This document shows, one piece after another, positions 9,967 through 20,040 of a DNA stretch of 64,000 nucleotides. Position 1 is the first letter of the stretch; the number at the start of each line of letters is the position of its first letter. The stretch is from an uncultured delta proteobacterium. Lineage in GTDB: Bacteria > Myxococcota > Kuafuiibacteriia > Kuafuiibacteriales > Kuafuiibacteriaceae. The stretch lies in NCBI GenBank assembly GCA_963803435.1, contig CAWDML010000009.1, forward strand, positions 1,728,001-1,792,000, given 5' to 3'. The position numbers were made by a program, and so were the translations under genes. Below the pieces are notes generated by a model. The model made no database searches. It had not been told where the DNA came from and worked only from the letters and a program-made list of their open reading frames with translations.

Positions 9967-11625
9967 GTGAACCCGAGACTGTGTTGCGTGCTCGCGGTGG
10001 GGCTCGCTCTGTCGGCCTGCATCGCCGAGGACCAGGACGACGCGCCGTGCACCACCGGATGTACCTCGACGGAGACCGAGCCGCCCATCGGTAGCCCCGT
10101 GCCCCAGGCGGACGAGGTCGCCGACCCGCCCGAGTGCACGAGCCGCGAGATCGGCGCGACGCGCGCCCGACTCCTGACGCGCTTCGAATATGACAACACC
10201 GTCCGCGATCTCCTGGGCGACCAGACCCATCCCGCCGCCGGCTTCCCGGCCGAGAACCGGATCCTCGCGTTCGACAACGACGGGCGGACCCACACGGTCA
10301 ACCCGCTCCTCGTCGAGCAATACCAGACGGCCGCCGAGTCGATCGCGCTGCGCGCCGCCGCCCGCGATTTCGACCAGCTCCTCCCCTGCAGCCCCAGCAA
10401 CGGCGCCCTCGCTTGCGGCCTCCGCTTCGTCGATGACTTCCTGCCACGCGCCTTTCGGGGGCCCGTCTCCGACCACGAGGCGGCCCCCTACGACGAGCTG
10501 ATCAAGACGGGGCTCCAGATCGGCACCTTCGAGACCGCCATCGGGATGGTGATCGAGGCGGCCCTCCAGTCGCCGCGCTTCCTCTATCGGATGGAGACGA
10601 CGGCGCCCAGCGACCGAGCGGTCCTGGCGACGCCGTACGAGATGGCGTCGCGCCTCTCCTACTTCCTGTGGGGCTCGATGCCGGACGAGGAGCTGCTGGC
10701 CGCCGCCAAGCGGGGGAGCCTGGCGGATCCGGCGGAGGTCGAGGCCCAGGCCCGACGGATGCTCGCCGATCCCCGCGCGCACGACTCGATCGTGCACTTC
10801 TTCATGCAGTGGCTCGACCTCGAGGGGCTCGACACGCTGCCCAAGGATCAGGGCGTCTTTCCGGAGTTCACGCCTTCGATGCGGCGCTCGTGGGTGTGGT
10901 CGATCCAGCGCTACCTCGAGCACGTGGTGTTCGAGCAAGGCACGGTCGAGACGCTGCTGACGGAGCCGATCGTCTACGTCGATGACGTGTTGGCGCCGCT
11001 CTACGGCGATCGCATCGACCCCACCCGGCGCGCCGGCCTGCTCACGCAACCGGCCTTGCTGGCCAAGCTGTCGCACCCCGATCAGACGTCCCCGATCCGT
11101 CGCGGGGTCTTCGTGCGCGAGCGGATCCTCTGCGAGCTCCTGCCTTCGCCGCCGAACAACGTCGACACCACGCCGCCGGACCCCGATCCCAACGCGACCA
11201 CGCGCGAGCGCTTCGCCGAGCACACGTCGAACCCCACCTGCCGCGGATGTCACGGCCTGATCGATCCCATCGGATTCGGGTTCGAGCAGTACGACGCGCT
11301 CGGCCGCTTCCGCGAGGTCGAGAACGGCATCCCGATCGACGCGAGCGGCGAGCTGACCGCCACCCGCGATCCGTCGATCCAGGGGCCCTTCGTGGGCGCC
11401 ATCGAGCTCTCCCGGCAGCTGGCGGCGAGCAGCGAGGTGAAGGGCTGCCTCGTGACCCAGCTCTTCCGCTTCGCGATGGGCCGCGCCGAGACCAAGAAGG
11501 ACGCCTGCTCGATCGAGCGGATGGGCGGCACGCTGGACGCATCGGGCGGCCGGATCGACGAGCTCGTGGTGGCGGCGACGCTGACCGATGCATTCCGAAT
11601 GAAGCAGACGGAGGAGGCCCGATGA
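9967..11625 (+). CDS. DUF1587/1595/1592/1588/1585 multidomain lipoprotein with CxxCH
   Basis: RLLTRFEYDNTVRDLLG, LQSPRFLYR, YEMASRLSYFLWGSMPD, TSPIRRGVFVRERILC, CRGCH...DPIGFGFEQYDALGRFR. Confidence 0.9.
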   Translation: MNPRLCCVLAVGLALSACIAEDQDDAPCTTGCTSTETEPPIGSPVPQADEVADPPECTSREIGATRARLLTRFEYDNTVRDLLGDQTHPAAGFPAENRILAFDNDGRTHTVNPLLVEQYQTAAESIALRAAARDFDQLLPCSPSNGALACGLRFVDDFLPRAFRGPVSDHEAAPYDELIKTGLQIGTFETAIGMVIEAALQSPRFLYRMETTAPSDRAVLATPYEMASRLSYFLWGSMPDEELLAAAKRGSLADPAEVEAQARRMLADPRAHDSIVHFFMQWLDLEGLDTLPKDQGVFPEFTPSMRRSWVWSIQRYLEHVVFEQGTVETLLTEPIVYVDDVLAPLYGDRIDPTRRAGLLTQPALLAKLSHPDQTSPIRRGVFVRERILCELLPSPPNNVDTTPPDPDPNATTRERFAEHTSNPTCRGCHGLIDPIGFGFEQYDALGRFREVENGIPIDASGELTATRDPSIQGPFVGAIELSRQLAASSEVKGCLVTQLFRFAMGRAETKKDACSIERMGGTLDASGGRIDELVVAATLTDAFRMKQTEEAR

Positions 11626-12959
11626 ACCCGCTCACCCGGCGATCGTTCTTGAGAGGGGCCGGCGGCGCCGCCGTGGCGCTGCCGCTCCTGGCGAGCTGGC
11701 CGCGGCGCGCGTCCGCCCAGTCGGTGACGTTCCCCAAGCGGCTCATCGTCTTCTACACGCCCAACGGCGTGAAGCCGAGCGCCTGGTTCCCCACGGCCGG
11801 CGCCACCGAAACCGACTTCGTGCTGAACCGGACGCACCAACCGCTCGCGCCGTTCCGCGACCGCCTCCTCCTCACCTCCGGCATCGACATGGTCTCCGCC
11901 GACGACGGCCCCGGGAGCCCGCACCAGCGCGGCATGGGCACGGCGCTGACCGCGCGCCCGCTGCTGGAGGGCGACTTCATCGACGGCTGCGGCAGCGTGG
12001 CCGGCTGGGGGAGCGGGATCTCGGTCGACCAGCGGATCGCCCAGGCGATCGGCGGGAGCACACGGTTCGGCAGCCTGCAGCTGGGCGTGCGGTGTTACGG
12101 CGGCGAGGTCCGCACCCGGATCAGCTACCTCGACGCCGAGCAGCCGCTGCCGCCCGAGAACGATCCGACGGCGACCTTCGCGCGTCTCTTCTCCGAATAC
12201 CACGCCGAGCCCAGCGAGCTGCAGCGCCTGCGAGCCCGCCGCCGCTCGGTCCTCGACGCCGTCACCACCAGCTTCTCGGAGGTGCAGACCCTGGTGGGCA
12301 CCGCCGATCAGCAGAAGCTGGAGCGGCACCTCGAGTTCATCCGCGACATCGAGCACAGGCTCGACGAGCAGAACCTCCCCGGTGATGCCTGCGTGATCCC
12401 GAGCGCGCCGCCGGTGGTGGCGCCCAACGACGAGTCCACCATGCCCACGGTGACGCGGCTCCAGCTCGACCTCCTCACCATGGCCCTCGCCTGCGACATC
12501 ACGCGCGTGGCCACGTTCCAGATCGCCGAGTCGATCAACGCGCTCCGCTACCCCTTCGTGAACAGCTTCACCGAAGGCCACAGCCTCTCGCACGCGCCCG
12601 CCAGCGACACGGTCTCCGAGGAGGAGTGGATCCGCCGCGACGTCTGGCACGCCCAGCAGCTCGCCTATCTATTGAATGGAATGAGCCAGATTCAGGAGGG
12701 CGGCGGCACCCTGCTCGACAACGTGATGGTGCTCTGGATCAGCGACGTCGCCGTCGGCAACACCCACAGCCACGAGAGCATGCCCTTCCTCCTGGCCGGC
12801 GGCGGCGGCGGTACCCTCCGCACCGGCCGCTACGTCGAGCTCGCCCACCGCCCCCACAACGATCTGCTCCTCACCCTGCTCCACGCGATGGACGTCCCCG
12901 ACCCCACCTTCGGGCGCCCGGACATGACGCCCGCGGTCATCTCCACCCTGCTGGCCTGA
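11622..12959 (+). CDS. DUF1552-family Tat-exported protein
   Basis: TRRSFLRG twin-arginine signal; PKRLIVFYTPNG, SVDQRIA, RRSVLDAV, ALACDITRVAT, GTLLDN. Start overlaps the DUF1592 gene stop, the usual pairing. Confidence 0.9.
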   Translation: MNPLTRRSFLRGAGGAAVALPLLASWPRRASAQSVTFPKRLIVFYTPNGVKPSAWFPTAGATETDFVLNRTHQPLAPFRDRLLLTSGIDMVSADDGPGSPHQRGMGTALTARPLLEGDFIDGCGSVAGWGSGISVDQRIAQAIGGSTRFGSLQLGVRCYGGEVRTRISYLDAEQPLPPENDPTATFARLFSEYHAEPSELQRLRARRRSVLDAVTTSFSEVQTLVGTADQQKLERHLEFIRDIEHRLDEQNLPGDACVIPSAPPVVAPNDESTMPTVTRLQLDLLTMALACDITRVATFQIAESINALRYPFVNSFTEGHSLSHAPASDTVSEEEWIRRDVWHAQQLAYLLNGMSQIQEGGGTLLDNVMVLWISDVAVGNTHSHESMPFLLAGGGGGTLRTGRYVELAHRPHNDLLLTLLHAMDVPDPTFGRPDMTPAVISTLLA

Positions 12960-12963
12960 AGAC

Positions 12964-14805
12964 TCACGGCCTCCCGCAGAGGTCGCCATTGCCGTCGGTG
13001 TAGACGCCCTCGCACAGACCGGGGACCGGGCAGTGCGCGGTCACCGTGACGCGGAATCGATAGGCCGTGCCCAGATCGTAGTCGTCGCGATCGAGATCCG
13101 ACATGCGGAAGTAGTGAGGGCCGTTGCCGGTGATCTCGCGGAAGACCACGAAGCAGTCGCCGTAGGCCTCGCCGAAGTTCTCGTTGAGCGCGTTGGCCGA
13201 GTCGGGGAACTGGCACGGGTTCGGATCTTCCCGCGGATCGCGGCACTTCTGGCCGTAGCCGCCGTAGGCCCGGCCGTCGCCGTAGAAGAACGCCTCCAGC
13301 TCCACCGGCGTGGCGCCGTCGTTCTCCAGGTGGAGCTCCACCAGCCAGTCGCCGTTCTGGCCGGCCGCGGCGCCCACCGGACCCGGGATGTCGAGCCGGT
13401 ACCAGTCGGTGTCGTTCACGTACGACAGGTAGCCCTCCATGGTCGCGTAGGTGATGGTGGTGCCGGCCGTGGATGTCACTGCAGGGGTCAAGATGGCGGC
13501 CGAAGGATCATCGGGCCCGTAGTTCTCGCGGGTGTCCGGCTCGGCCGGCAGATCGATCGTCACCTGATAGGGGGTCGCCAGATCGAAGTCGTTGTCCTGC
13601 TGATCGCGCACCAGCACGTAGTAGATGCCGTTGGTCAGCGCCACATGGGCGGTGGTCAGCGTGGTCGGGCCTAAGGTGCCGTCGCGGGTCACGCGGAGCG
13701 CCTTGCAGAGATCGCCGTCGGTGTTGAGGCAGATCCAGTCCCGGCCGTTGGGTGCCAGGACCTCGAACGCGAGGTCGACCTCGGAGGCGGGCATCGAGGC
13801 CTGCACCGTGATCAGGCGGGGCGCGTTGGTGACCTGGATCGAGTAGTAGTCGAAGTCGCTGGTGGCGGCGACGTAGCCGTTGATCACCTGGCCCGCGGTG
13901 ACCCGGGTGGCGGTTGCGGAGGTCTCGTTGGGCGACGTCAGATCGTTCTGATCCGGCTCGTTCACGAACGAGACCGTCAGCACGTAGAGGCGGGCCAGAT
14001 CGGCGTTCCGGCCGTCGTCGTCGGCGACGCGGATCAGGTATGTCCCCGCGGTGTTGCCGACGGCGCGGCTCTCCACCCGCCACATCCCGGTGGCCGGCTC
14101 GGTCGAGAGCGCGATTCGATTCGTGCCGGTCGCGTCGAAGAGCGCCCACTGGAGCTTCACCGCCGACTGGCCGCTCACCGTCATCGCGATCTGGAGCAGC
14201 GTGTTCGCCGGGACGTCGATGGTGAACCAGTCCTCGTCGCCTTCGAAGCCGATCGTCCCGCTGGCCGCCACCCCGGCGGACAGGGGCGTCGCCATCGCGG
14301 GCGCGTCGTTCGGCTCGTTGGTGTCCGTCTCGTCGAGGATCTGGACCGTGATGTAGTACGGGTTCAGGCGATCCTGGTTGTCGTTGGCGACGTCGCGCAC
14401 GACCACGCGATATTGACCCGCGGCCGGCGCCACCAGCTGGAGCTCGACCCGCTGCCGGCCGTTGCCCGTGTGCCGATCCGTCGCCAGCGACTGCATGTTC
14501 GGATCGAAGAGCACGACCTCGAGATCGATGGGGCTGATGGTCGCGTCGTTCTCGACCACCACGTTGAGCACCTTCCCGGCGCTGGGGACGTCGAAGACCC
14601 ACGCGTCGCTGTCACCGATCGGCGCCACCCAGTCGGAGCCCTTCACGCCCGGCTCCAGCGCGCAGGGGGCCTCGCTCGAGCACCCGTCGGGGACCTCGCC
14701 GGTGTCGGTCGGTCCGGCGTCGAAGGGGACGTCGTCGTCGTTCATCTTGGCGCAGGAGGCGCTGGCGGCGACCAGGGTGGTGAGAAGAACGGTTCGGCTC
14801 AGCAT
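12964..14805 (-). CDS. Lipoprotein with tandem PPC-like (pre-peptidase C-terminal) domains, no catalytic domain; last gene of the Mts-like operon
   Basis: ASASC lipobox; repeated EPND...GTI...DEDWF, DFDYY and DTDWYR motifs. Confidence 0.7.
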   Translation of the reverse strand: MLSRTVLLTTLVAASASCAKMNDDDVPFDAGPTDTGEVPDGCSSEAPCALEPGVKGSDWVAPIGDSDAWVFDVPSAGKVLNVVVENDATISPIDLEVVLFDPNMQSLATDRHTGNGRQRVELQLVAPAAGQYRVVVRDVANDNQDRLNPYYITVQILDETDTNEPNDAPAMATPLSAGVAASGTIGFEGDEDWFTIDVPANTLLQIAMTVSGQSAVKLQWALFDATGTNRIALSTEPATGMWRVESRAVGNTAGTYLIRVADDDGRNADLARLYVLTVSFVNEPDQNDLTSPNETSATATRVTAGQVINGYVAATSDFDYYSIQVTNAPRLITVQASMPASEVDLAFEVLAPNGRDWICLNTDGDLCKALRVTRDGTLGPTTLTTAHVALTNGIYYVLVRDQQDNDFDLATPYQVTIDLPAEPDTRENYGPDDPSAAILTPAVTSTAGTTITYATMEGYLSYVNDTDWYRLDIPGPVGAAAGQNGDWLVELHLENDGATPVELEAFFYGDGRAYGGYGQKCRDPREDPNPCQFPDSANALNENFGEAYGDCFVVFREITGNGPHYFRMSDLDRDDYDLGTAYRFRVTVTAHCPVPGLCEGVYTDGNGDLCGRP

Positions 14806-14808
14806 CGA

Positions 14809-16593
14809 TCACTCCTCGCGCGGAGGCGGAGCACCGGTCGTGCAGTCACGATCCGGATCGAACTCCGTCGGGTACTTGAACGCGTCGGGCCACCCGTCTC
14901 CATCGGCGTCATCTCGCGGGATCTCCACCTCTGGATACGGCGGATCGCGGAAGTCGGGATGGACGAAGACCTGCTCGACGCAGGCGATGCGGAAGATCCC
15001 ATAGTCGCTCGGGTCGTCGAACGGCGCCTGATCGACGTAGATGTAGATGCGGTTCCGACCTCCGTCGGCCGTCCCGGCCAGGGTCACGTTGTCGACCCGG
15101 AAGTCGTAGCAGCTGCGGCCGTCCGTGAGGGCCTGCACGCGCGGATCATCGGGACCCATGTCCTCCAGCCCACGCTCCACCACGTCGTAGCGGTACGCGA
15201 TCGCCGATCGGTTGGCGGCGTCGTTGATCACCGGGTCCGAATGGCCGCGGATCTCGTCCGCGTTCCGCGCCGAGTCGAAGTCGAGATCGGCGCGCGAGTC
15301 GTCGGCGGCCGGGTTGGTCCCGTACCGCAGCTCGATCGAGTCCGGAACGCCGTCGGCGTCCGAATCCGCGAATGCCTTGTGGGTGCCGACGAAGCGCTCC
15401 TCACAGTCGAGCAGGCCGTCGCCGTCGCTATCCATGTCATCGATCCCCGGCGTGCAGTCGGCGTCGGTCGGATCGAGCGGATCGAACCCCGAGGCGCCCA
15501 GCCGGACCTCGAGGAAGTCGTTGAAGCCGTCTCCGTCCGTGTCCTGGGAGAGGATGTCGGTGCCGTACAAGCGCTCCTCGTCGTCGTCCAGGCCGTCGCC
15601 GTCCGAGTCGGGGCTGGCGCGTCCGATGCGGTCCTCCGGTGTCACGAAGAGGAGCCGGGGCCGCGCGTTCGTGTTCGTGACCAGCAGGTTCTTCAGCGTG
15701 AAGACCCGCCGGATCGAGGTGAAGTCGATCTTGAGGAAGTTGATCTCCTCTCCGTTTGGGAAGCTGCGGAAGGTCCCGTTGCCCGCGTCCGACATCGCGG
15801 TCAGAAGGCTGGTGGCCTCGTCGATCACGTTGACCCAGACGCAGTTGCCGACCTGCTGGCAGGCCTGCGCGCTGGTGGCGGACTGGCACGCCGGATCACC
15901 GCCCTCGAGATCGTCGTCGGTGCAGCGCGAGCCCACGCCCACGGCCCCGAGCAGCAGCGCGGTGTGCAGCCGGATCTCCGCGGGGCGGAAGATCCGCTTG
16001 AGGTCGGAGATGTCGTTGACCAGATCGAGGATCGAGCTGCGCGTGTTCGTCGGCGGCGTTACCGGGTTGGGGAGACCGTCGGAGAGGAAGATGATCACGT
16101 ACTTGGAGCGGGACAGATCCTCGTCGCTGGTGTTCATCATGTCGCGCGCCAGCACCAGCTGGATCTCGTTGAGCGCACCCTCGTAGTCCGTCGGCTGCTC
16201 GGCCTGTCCCAGGCGAACGATCGCGTTGTTCAGGTCCGTCGGGTCCCGCGTGAACCCGGGCACGCCGCTGTCGGGATCGGTGGTGAGCACGTTGACGGCG
16301 CCGGAGAACTGGACCACCGCGAACTCCACGCCCGGATCGCTGATGAAGGCGTCGACCACCTGCTGGACGGCGACCAGCCGCTGGCCCGTCGGATCGGTCT
16401 GGATCATCGACTGGCTGGTGTCGACGACGAACATGATCTTCACGGGGAAGTTCAGGCGCGTCGGGTCCTCGGTGCAGAAGCGCGACTGGATCGCGAGCTT
16501 GTTGTCGATGGGTCCGTCGCCCAGCCCCGGCGCCCGATACAGGCCCACGTCGGTGCACGCGGTGAGGCAGAGGAGGATCGCCAGCCGTCTCAT
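14809..16593 (-). CDS. vWA-domain lipoprotein with DxDxDG Ca2+-binding repeats (MtsD/CglB-like)
   Basis: LTAC lipobox; FVVDTSQSM (DxSxS), PTDY, IIFLSDG; Cys-rich insert; DSDGDGL repeats. Confidence 0.8.
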   Translation of the reverse strand: MRRLAILLCLTACTDVGLYRAPGLGDGPIDNKLAIQSRFCTEDPTRLNFPVKIMFVVDTSQSMIQTDPTGQRLVAVQQVVDAFISDPGVEFAVVQFSGAVNVLTTDPDSGVPGFTRDPTDLNNAIVRLGQAEQPTDYEGALNEIQLVLARDMMNTSDEDLSRSKYVIIFLSDGLPNPVTPPTNTRSSILDLVNDISDLKRIFRPAEIRLHTALLLGAVGVGSRCTDDDLEGGDPACQSATSAQACQQVGNCVWVNVIDEATSLLTAMSDAGNGTFRSFPNGEEINFLKIDFTSIRRVFTLKNLLVTNTNARPRLLFVTPEDRIGRASPDSDGDGLDDDEERLYGTDILSQDTDGDGFNDFLEVRLGASGFDPLDPTDADCTPGIDDMDSDGDGLLDCEERFVGTHKAFADSDADGVPDSIELRYGTNPAADDSRADLDFDSARNADEIRGHSDPVINDAANRSAIAYRYDVVERGLEDMGPDDPRVQALTDGRSCYDFRVDNVTLAGTADGGRNRIYIYVDQAPFDDPSDYGIFRIACVEQVFVHPDFRDPPYPEVEIPRDDADGDGWPDAFKYPTEFDPDRDCTTGAPPPREE

Positions 16594-16595
16594 CT

Positions 16596-18413
16596 TCAGG
16601 GCGCCTCGCCCGGAGGAGGCGTCAGCCCGACGCACGCCTCCGGAGTCAGCGCCTCCGGAGCATAGAAGTCTTCCGGCTTCAGCTCCACCACCCCCGACGG
16701 CGGGTCCTTGAAGTCGGGCGCCACGTAGCGCGCGTTCACGCACGCGACCTTGTAAGCGCCGTAGTCGGCCGGATCGTCGAAGGGCGCCTCGGCGACGTAC
16801 ACGAAGATGTCGTTCCTGCCGTAGCTGTCATCCTCGCCCGGGCGCGCCAGCGGCGTCCCCAGCTTCACGTTCTTGACGCGGAAGTCGTAGCACTTGCCCC
16901 CCTCGTCGTTCATCCCGGCCTCGTCCGTCCGATAGCGATACGCGAGATCGGGCCGCTTGGAGGCCTCGTCGAAGCCGATGCCGCTGTGGACCCGGATCTC
17001 GTCGCCGTTCCGCACGCCGTCCAGATCGGAGTCCGCCAGCGCGTCGCTCTTCGAGGGATCCGTCCCGGCGATCAGCTCGAGGCCGTCGGGTACGCCGTCC
17101 GCGTCCGTGTCGTAGAGCTCCGACGACGTACGGAGCAGCAACTCCTCGCAGAGCAGGAGGCCGTCGGCGTCGTTGTCGGAGCGGTTGTACGCCCCGTCGC
17201 AGCCGGGGTTGGGCACCAGCGGGTCGAAGCCGTTTCTCCTGAGCGCCCACTCGATCGTGTCCGAGAAGCCGTCGTCGTCGGTGTCCCTGAGCAGGCGGTT
17301 CATCCCCGCCTCGAACTCGACGGCGTCCGACAGCCCGTCCCCGTCGCTGTCGAGCGTCAACCCCTGCGGCGTGGCCATCAGGTTGGAGTTGGAGACGATC
17401 AGGTTCTTGAGCGCGTTCTCCCGCTTGATCGACGAGAGGTCGAACCCGAGGAAGTCGATCTGCTCCGCAGACGAGAAGTCGCGGAAGACGCCCATGCCCA
17501 GCTGCGCCATGCCTTTCAGGAGATCGATCGCCTCGTCGCGACACACGAAGTCGACCGGACCGATCGAGTAGCAGCCGTTGGCGTCGAGCATGCCCACCAG
17601 GTTCGGATCGAAGAGGAAGGCGGTGTGCATCCGGATCTCGCCCACCTGGAAGTTGAGACCGAGGTCCATGATGTCCTGGACGGCCGCATAGATCTGATAG
17701 GGCTGGTTGTAGTCCTCGCCGGCGGCGAAGAACGGCAGCTGCGTCGGGTTGGTGCGGATCGCGTCGGGATCCTCGCAGAAGAAGATGTTCTTGCTCCGCG
17801 AGCAGATGCCCTGCGCCTCGCTGGCCATGCTGCAGCACTTCGGGAAGGGCTCGCCGTCGGAGAGGAAGAGGACCACGTACTTGGTACGGGCGAGCTGCGC
17901 CTCGCCGGAGGCGAGCATGTCGCGGAGGAGGATCTGGTAGGCGGTCGCGAGCGCGCCCTGATAGTCGGTGACGCTGTCGGCGACGCGCAGGCCCTGTACG
18001 GCCTGCTGGAGGACGGTGGTGTCGCGGGTGAACGCGTTCGAGAGGTCGACGCCGTAGGGATCGTCGGCGGTGATGTCGGAGCCCGGCTTGGTCAGCACGG
18101 CGTCCGACTCGTTGAAGCGGATGATGCTGAACGACACGGCCGGATTGGAGAGGAGCCGCAGGATGGCCTCCTCGGTGGCGAGCGCCCGATACGTGGGGTT
18201 GTCGACGAACTGCATGCTGCCCGAGCCGTCGATGATGAAGAGGATCTTCACGGGGAAGTCCGTCTGCTCCGGGGGATCGGTGCACACCTGACCCGCGATC
18301 TCGAGGAGGTTGTCGACGATGTTCACCTGGATGTCGTCGATCGCCTGCAGATCGGTGCGCGTGCATCCGAGCGGGAGCGAGAGAGCAAGGAGGAGCAGCA
18401 ACCGTGTGCGCAT
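16596..18413 (-). CDS. Second vWA-domain lipoprotein with DxDxDG repeats (MtsD-like)
   Basis: PLGC lipobox; FIIDGSGSM, VTDY, VLFLSDG; collinear similarity to 14809..16593 (CYDFRV.NV.L, APFDDP.DYG). Confidence 0.8.
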   Translation of the reverse strand: MRTRLLLLLALSLPLGCTRTDLQAIDDIQVNIVDNLLEIAGQVCTDPPEQTDFPVKILFIIDGSGSMQFVDNPTYRALATEEAILRLLSNPAVSFSIIRFNESDAVLTKPGSDITADDPYGVDLSNAFTRDTTVLQQAVQGLRVADSVTDYQGALATAYQILLRDMLASGEAQLARTKYVVLFLSDGEPFPKCCSMASEAQGICSRSKNIFFCEDPDAIRTNPTQLPFFAAGEDYNQPYQIYAAVQDIMDLGLNFQVGEIRMHTAFLFDPNLVGMLDANGCYSIGPVDFVCRDEAIDLLKGMAQLGMGVFRDFSSAEQIDFLGFDLSSIKRENALKNLIVSNSNLMATPQGLTLDSDGDGLSDAVEFEAGMNRLLRDTDDDGFSDTIEWALRRNGFDPLVPNPGCDGAYNRSDNDADGLLLCEELLLRTSSELYDTDADGVPDGLELIAGTDPSKSDALADSDLDGVRNGDEIRVHSGIGFDEASKRPDLAYRYRTDEAGMNDEGGKCYDFRVKNVKLGTPLARPGEDDSYGRNDIFVYVAEAPFDDPADYGAYKVACVNARYVAPDFKDPPSGVVELKPEDFYAPEALTPEACVGLTPPPGEAP

Positions 18414-18440
18414 GAGCGATGTCTCCCTCGAGAGCCGTAG

Positions 18441-18479
18441 AAAACCGAAAAGGGCGGCGGTCCCGAAGGACCACCGCCC
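18441..18479 (-). terminator. Intrinsic terminator downstream of the MtsC-like gene
   Basis: Minus strand GGGCGGTGGTCC-TTCG-GGACCGCCGCCC-TTTTCGGTTTT: 12-bp stem (one G-U), C(UUCG)G loop and U-tract. Confidence 0.85.
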
Positions 18480-18521
18480 GAGCAAGTTAGAACCTCAGAG
18501 AAGTCGGCTCAAGTCACGAGC

Positions 18522-19841
18522 TCACTTCCTCCGGCGGAGCACCATCACCAGCCCCATCATCAGGAAGGCCACGGCCCCGAAGCCGCTGCCGCCCTTCGAA
18601 CCCACACACACGCAGCCACCACCGCCTTCACCTTCATCCGCGGTGAGCTTGAAGGTGGTCCGGCTGGTGTTGTTCTCCGGGAACTTGTCGTCCGGGAAGA
18701 TCAGCTCGGCCGACAGCTGCAGCTCGTAGTCGCCGGGGACGTCGGGCTGGAACTTTGCGATCTGATCCTTCAGGTAGTGGTACTCGTAGCTGGTCGAGTA
18801 GGTCACCGAGCCGCGCGGATTCTGGATCTTGGCCGAGCTGTTGTTCGGCTTCGAGACGATCGTCCAGGTGTAGCGCATGGCCACGTCCTCGCGGTTCGCG
18901 AAGATGTGCAGGCGGTGATCCTCGCCGATCGTGATGCGGTCGTCGGGCTGCGACAGGACCTGGAAGGTGAGCGCCGGGTCGAGGCAGAGGTCGGTCGAGC
19001 GGCCGGGGAAGATGACGTAGCAGGCCCGGTCGTCGCAGGCGTCGCCGATGCCGTCACGGTCGCTGTCCGCCAGGTCGCCGTTCGCCTTGCGCGGGCAGTT
19101 GTCGAGCAGGTTGGCCACGCCGTCGCCGTCTACGTCGCCGTCGCAGTCATTGCCGACGCCGTCGCCGTCCATGTCGTCCTGCGTGGTGTTGTAGACGCCC
19201 AGGCAGTTGTCGAGGCTGTCGGGGACGCCGTCCATGTCCTCGTCCGTGTCGCAGTTGAGACCGGCCGTGATGGACTGATCCGGGTTGTAGCCGTTCGGGC
19301 AGTTGTCGGCGCCGTCGAGGATGCCGTCGTTGTCATCGTCATCGTCGCAGGCGTTGCCGAAGCCGTCGCCGTCGCTGTCGATCTGCGAGGGGTTGGCCAC
19401 GAGCGGGCACAGGTCGACGGCGTTCAGCACGCCATCGTTGTCGATGTCGTCGTCGCACTCGTCGCCGAAGCCGTCGCCGTCGATGTCGCTCTGGAGCGGG
19501 TTGGCCGCGTTCTGGCAGCTGTCACAGGCGTCGCCGATGCCGTCGCCGTCGACGTCGCTCTGGTCCGGGTTGCTGGCGAACGGGCAGTTGTCGTAGTCGT
19601 CTTCCCACCCGTCGTTGTCGTAGTCGTCCGAGTATTGGTAGGTGTCGCCAATGTCGGTGTTGTTGATCAGGATCGAGCCACCGCCGCAGCCGCAGCCGCC
19701 GCCGCCCGATTGGTTGGGAGTACCACACAGACCTCCGGAGCACTCACCTTGGTTGTCTCCGGAGTTCTGCGCCCACCCGCTGGCCGAGACCAACTGGGCG
19801 AGCGCGAAGATCGACGAGGCCGCGAGGAACTTCTTGCTCAT
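18522..19841 (-). CDS. mtsC: Thrombospondin type-3 repeat, MYXO-CTERM-sorted surface protein (MtsC-like, 439 aa)
   Basis: ATG 19841 with signal peptide; [31 protein letters not shown]; six D[NSL]C...DxDGDG units; C-terminus GGGCVC + TM + RRRK. Confidence 0.75.
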   Translation of the reverse strand: MSKKFLAASSIFALAQLVSASGWAQNSGDNQGECSGGLCGTPNQSGGGGCGCGGGSILINNTDIGDTYQYSDDYDNDGWEDDYDNCPFASNPDQSDVDGDGIGDACDSCQNAANPLQSDIDGDGFGDECDDDIDNDGVLNAVDLCPLVANPSQIDSDGDGFGNACDDDDDNDGILDGADNCPNGYNPDQSITAGLNCDTDEDMDGVPDSLDNCLGVYNTTQDDMDGDGVGNDCDGDVDGDGVANLLDNCPRKANGDLADSDRDGIGDACDDRACYVIFPGRSTDLCLDPALTFQVLSQPDDRITIGEDHRLHIFANREDVAMRYTWTIVSKPNNSSAKIQNPRGSVTYSTSYEYHYLKDQIAKFQPDVPGDYELQLSAELIFPDDKFPENNTSRTTFKLTADEGEGGGGCVCVGSKGGSGFGAVAFLMMGLVMVLRRRK

Positions 19842-19853
19842 GCCCGGGCCTAG

Positions 19854-19869
19854 TACAAGCGACGTGCCA
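19854..19869 (-). promoter_or_regulatory. Putative sigma54 -24/-12 promoter for the mtsC-like operon
   Basis: TGGCAC-GTCGC-TTGTA vs consensus TGGCAC-N5-TTGCW; one mismatch at -12. Confidence 0.6.
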
Positions 19870-19911
19870 GCCGTGCAGCGGCCCGGTTCAGCCGTGCGAC
19901 GTGCCCAACCC

Positions 19912-19958
19912 GGGGGCGGTGGCCCCCAACCCCACCGGTTTCGGGGGCGCCCGCCCCC
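19912..19958. promoter_or_regulatory. Two GGGGGC-N4-GCCCCC palindromes 31 bp apart (candidate activator sites)
   Basis: 19912-19927 GGGGGCggtgGCCCCC and 19943-19958 GGGGGCgcccGCCCCC in the divergent intergenic region. Confidence 0.45.
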
Positions 19959-20040
19959 AGCGACAGTCCCCGTAAGCATGCGATTTAACTCCGACTCTCG
20001 CCTACCGGTGGTTTGACATCGCGCCCGATCGCCGATACCG

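Noticed and set aside
19040-19630. Repetitive GCCGTCGCCGTC DNA as a possible CRISPR or non-coding repeat
   Set aside because: It encodes DxDGDG thrombospondin type-3 repeats; there is no constant repeat-spacer structure and no cas genes.
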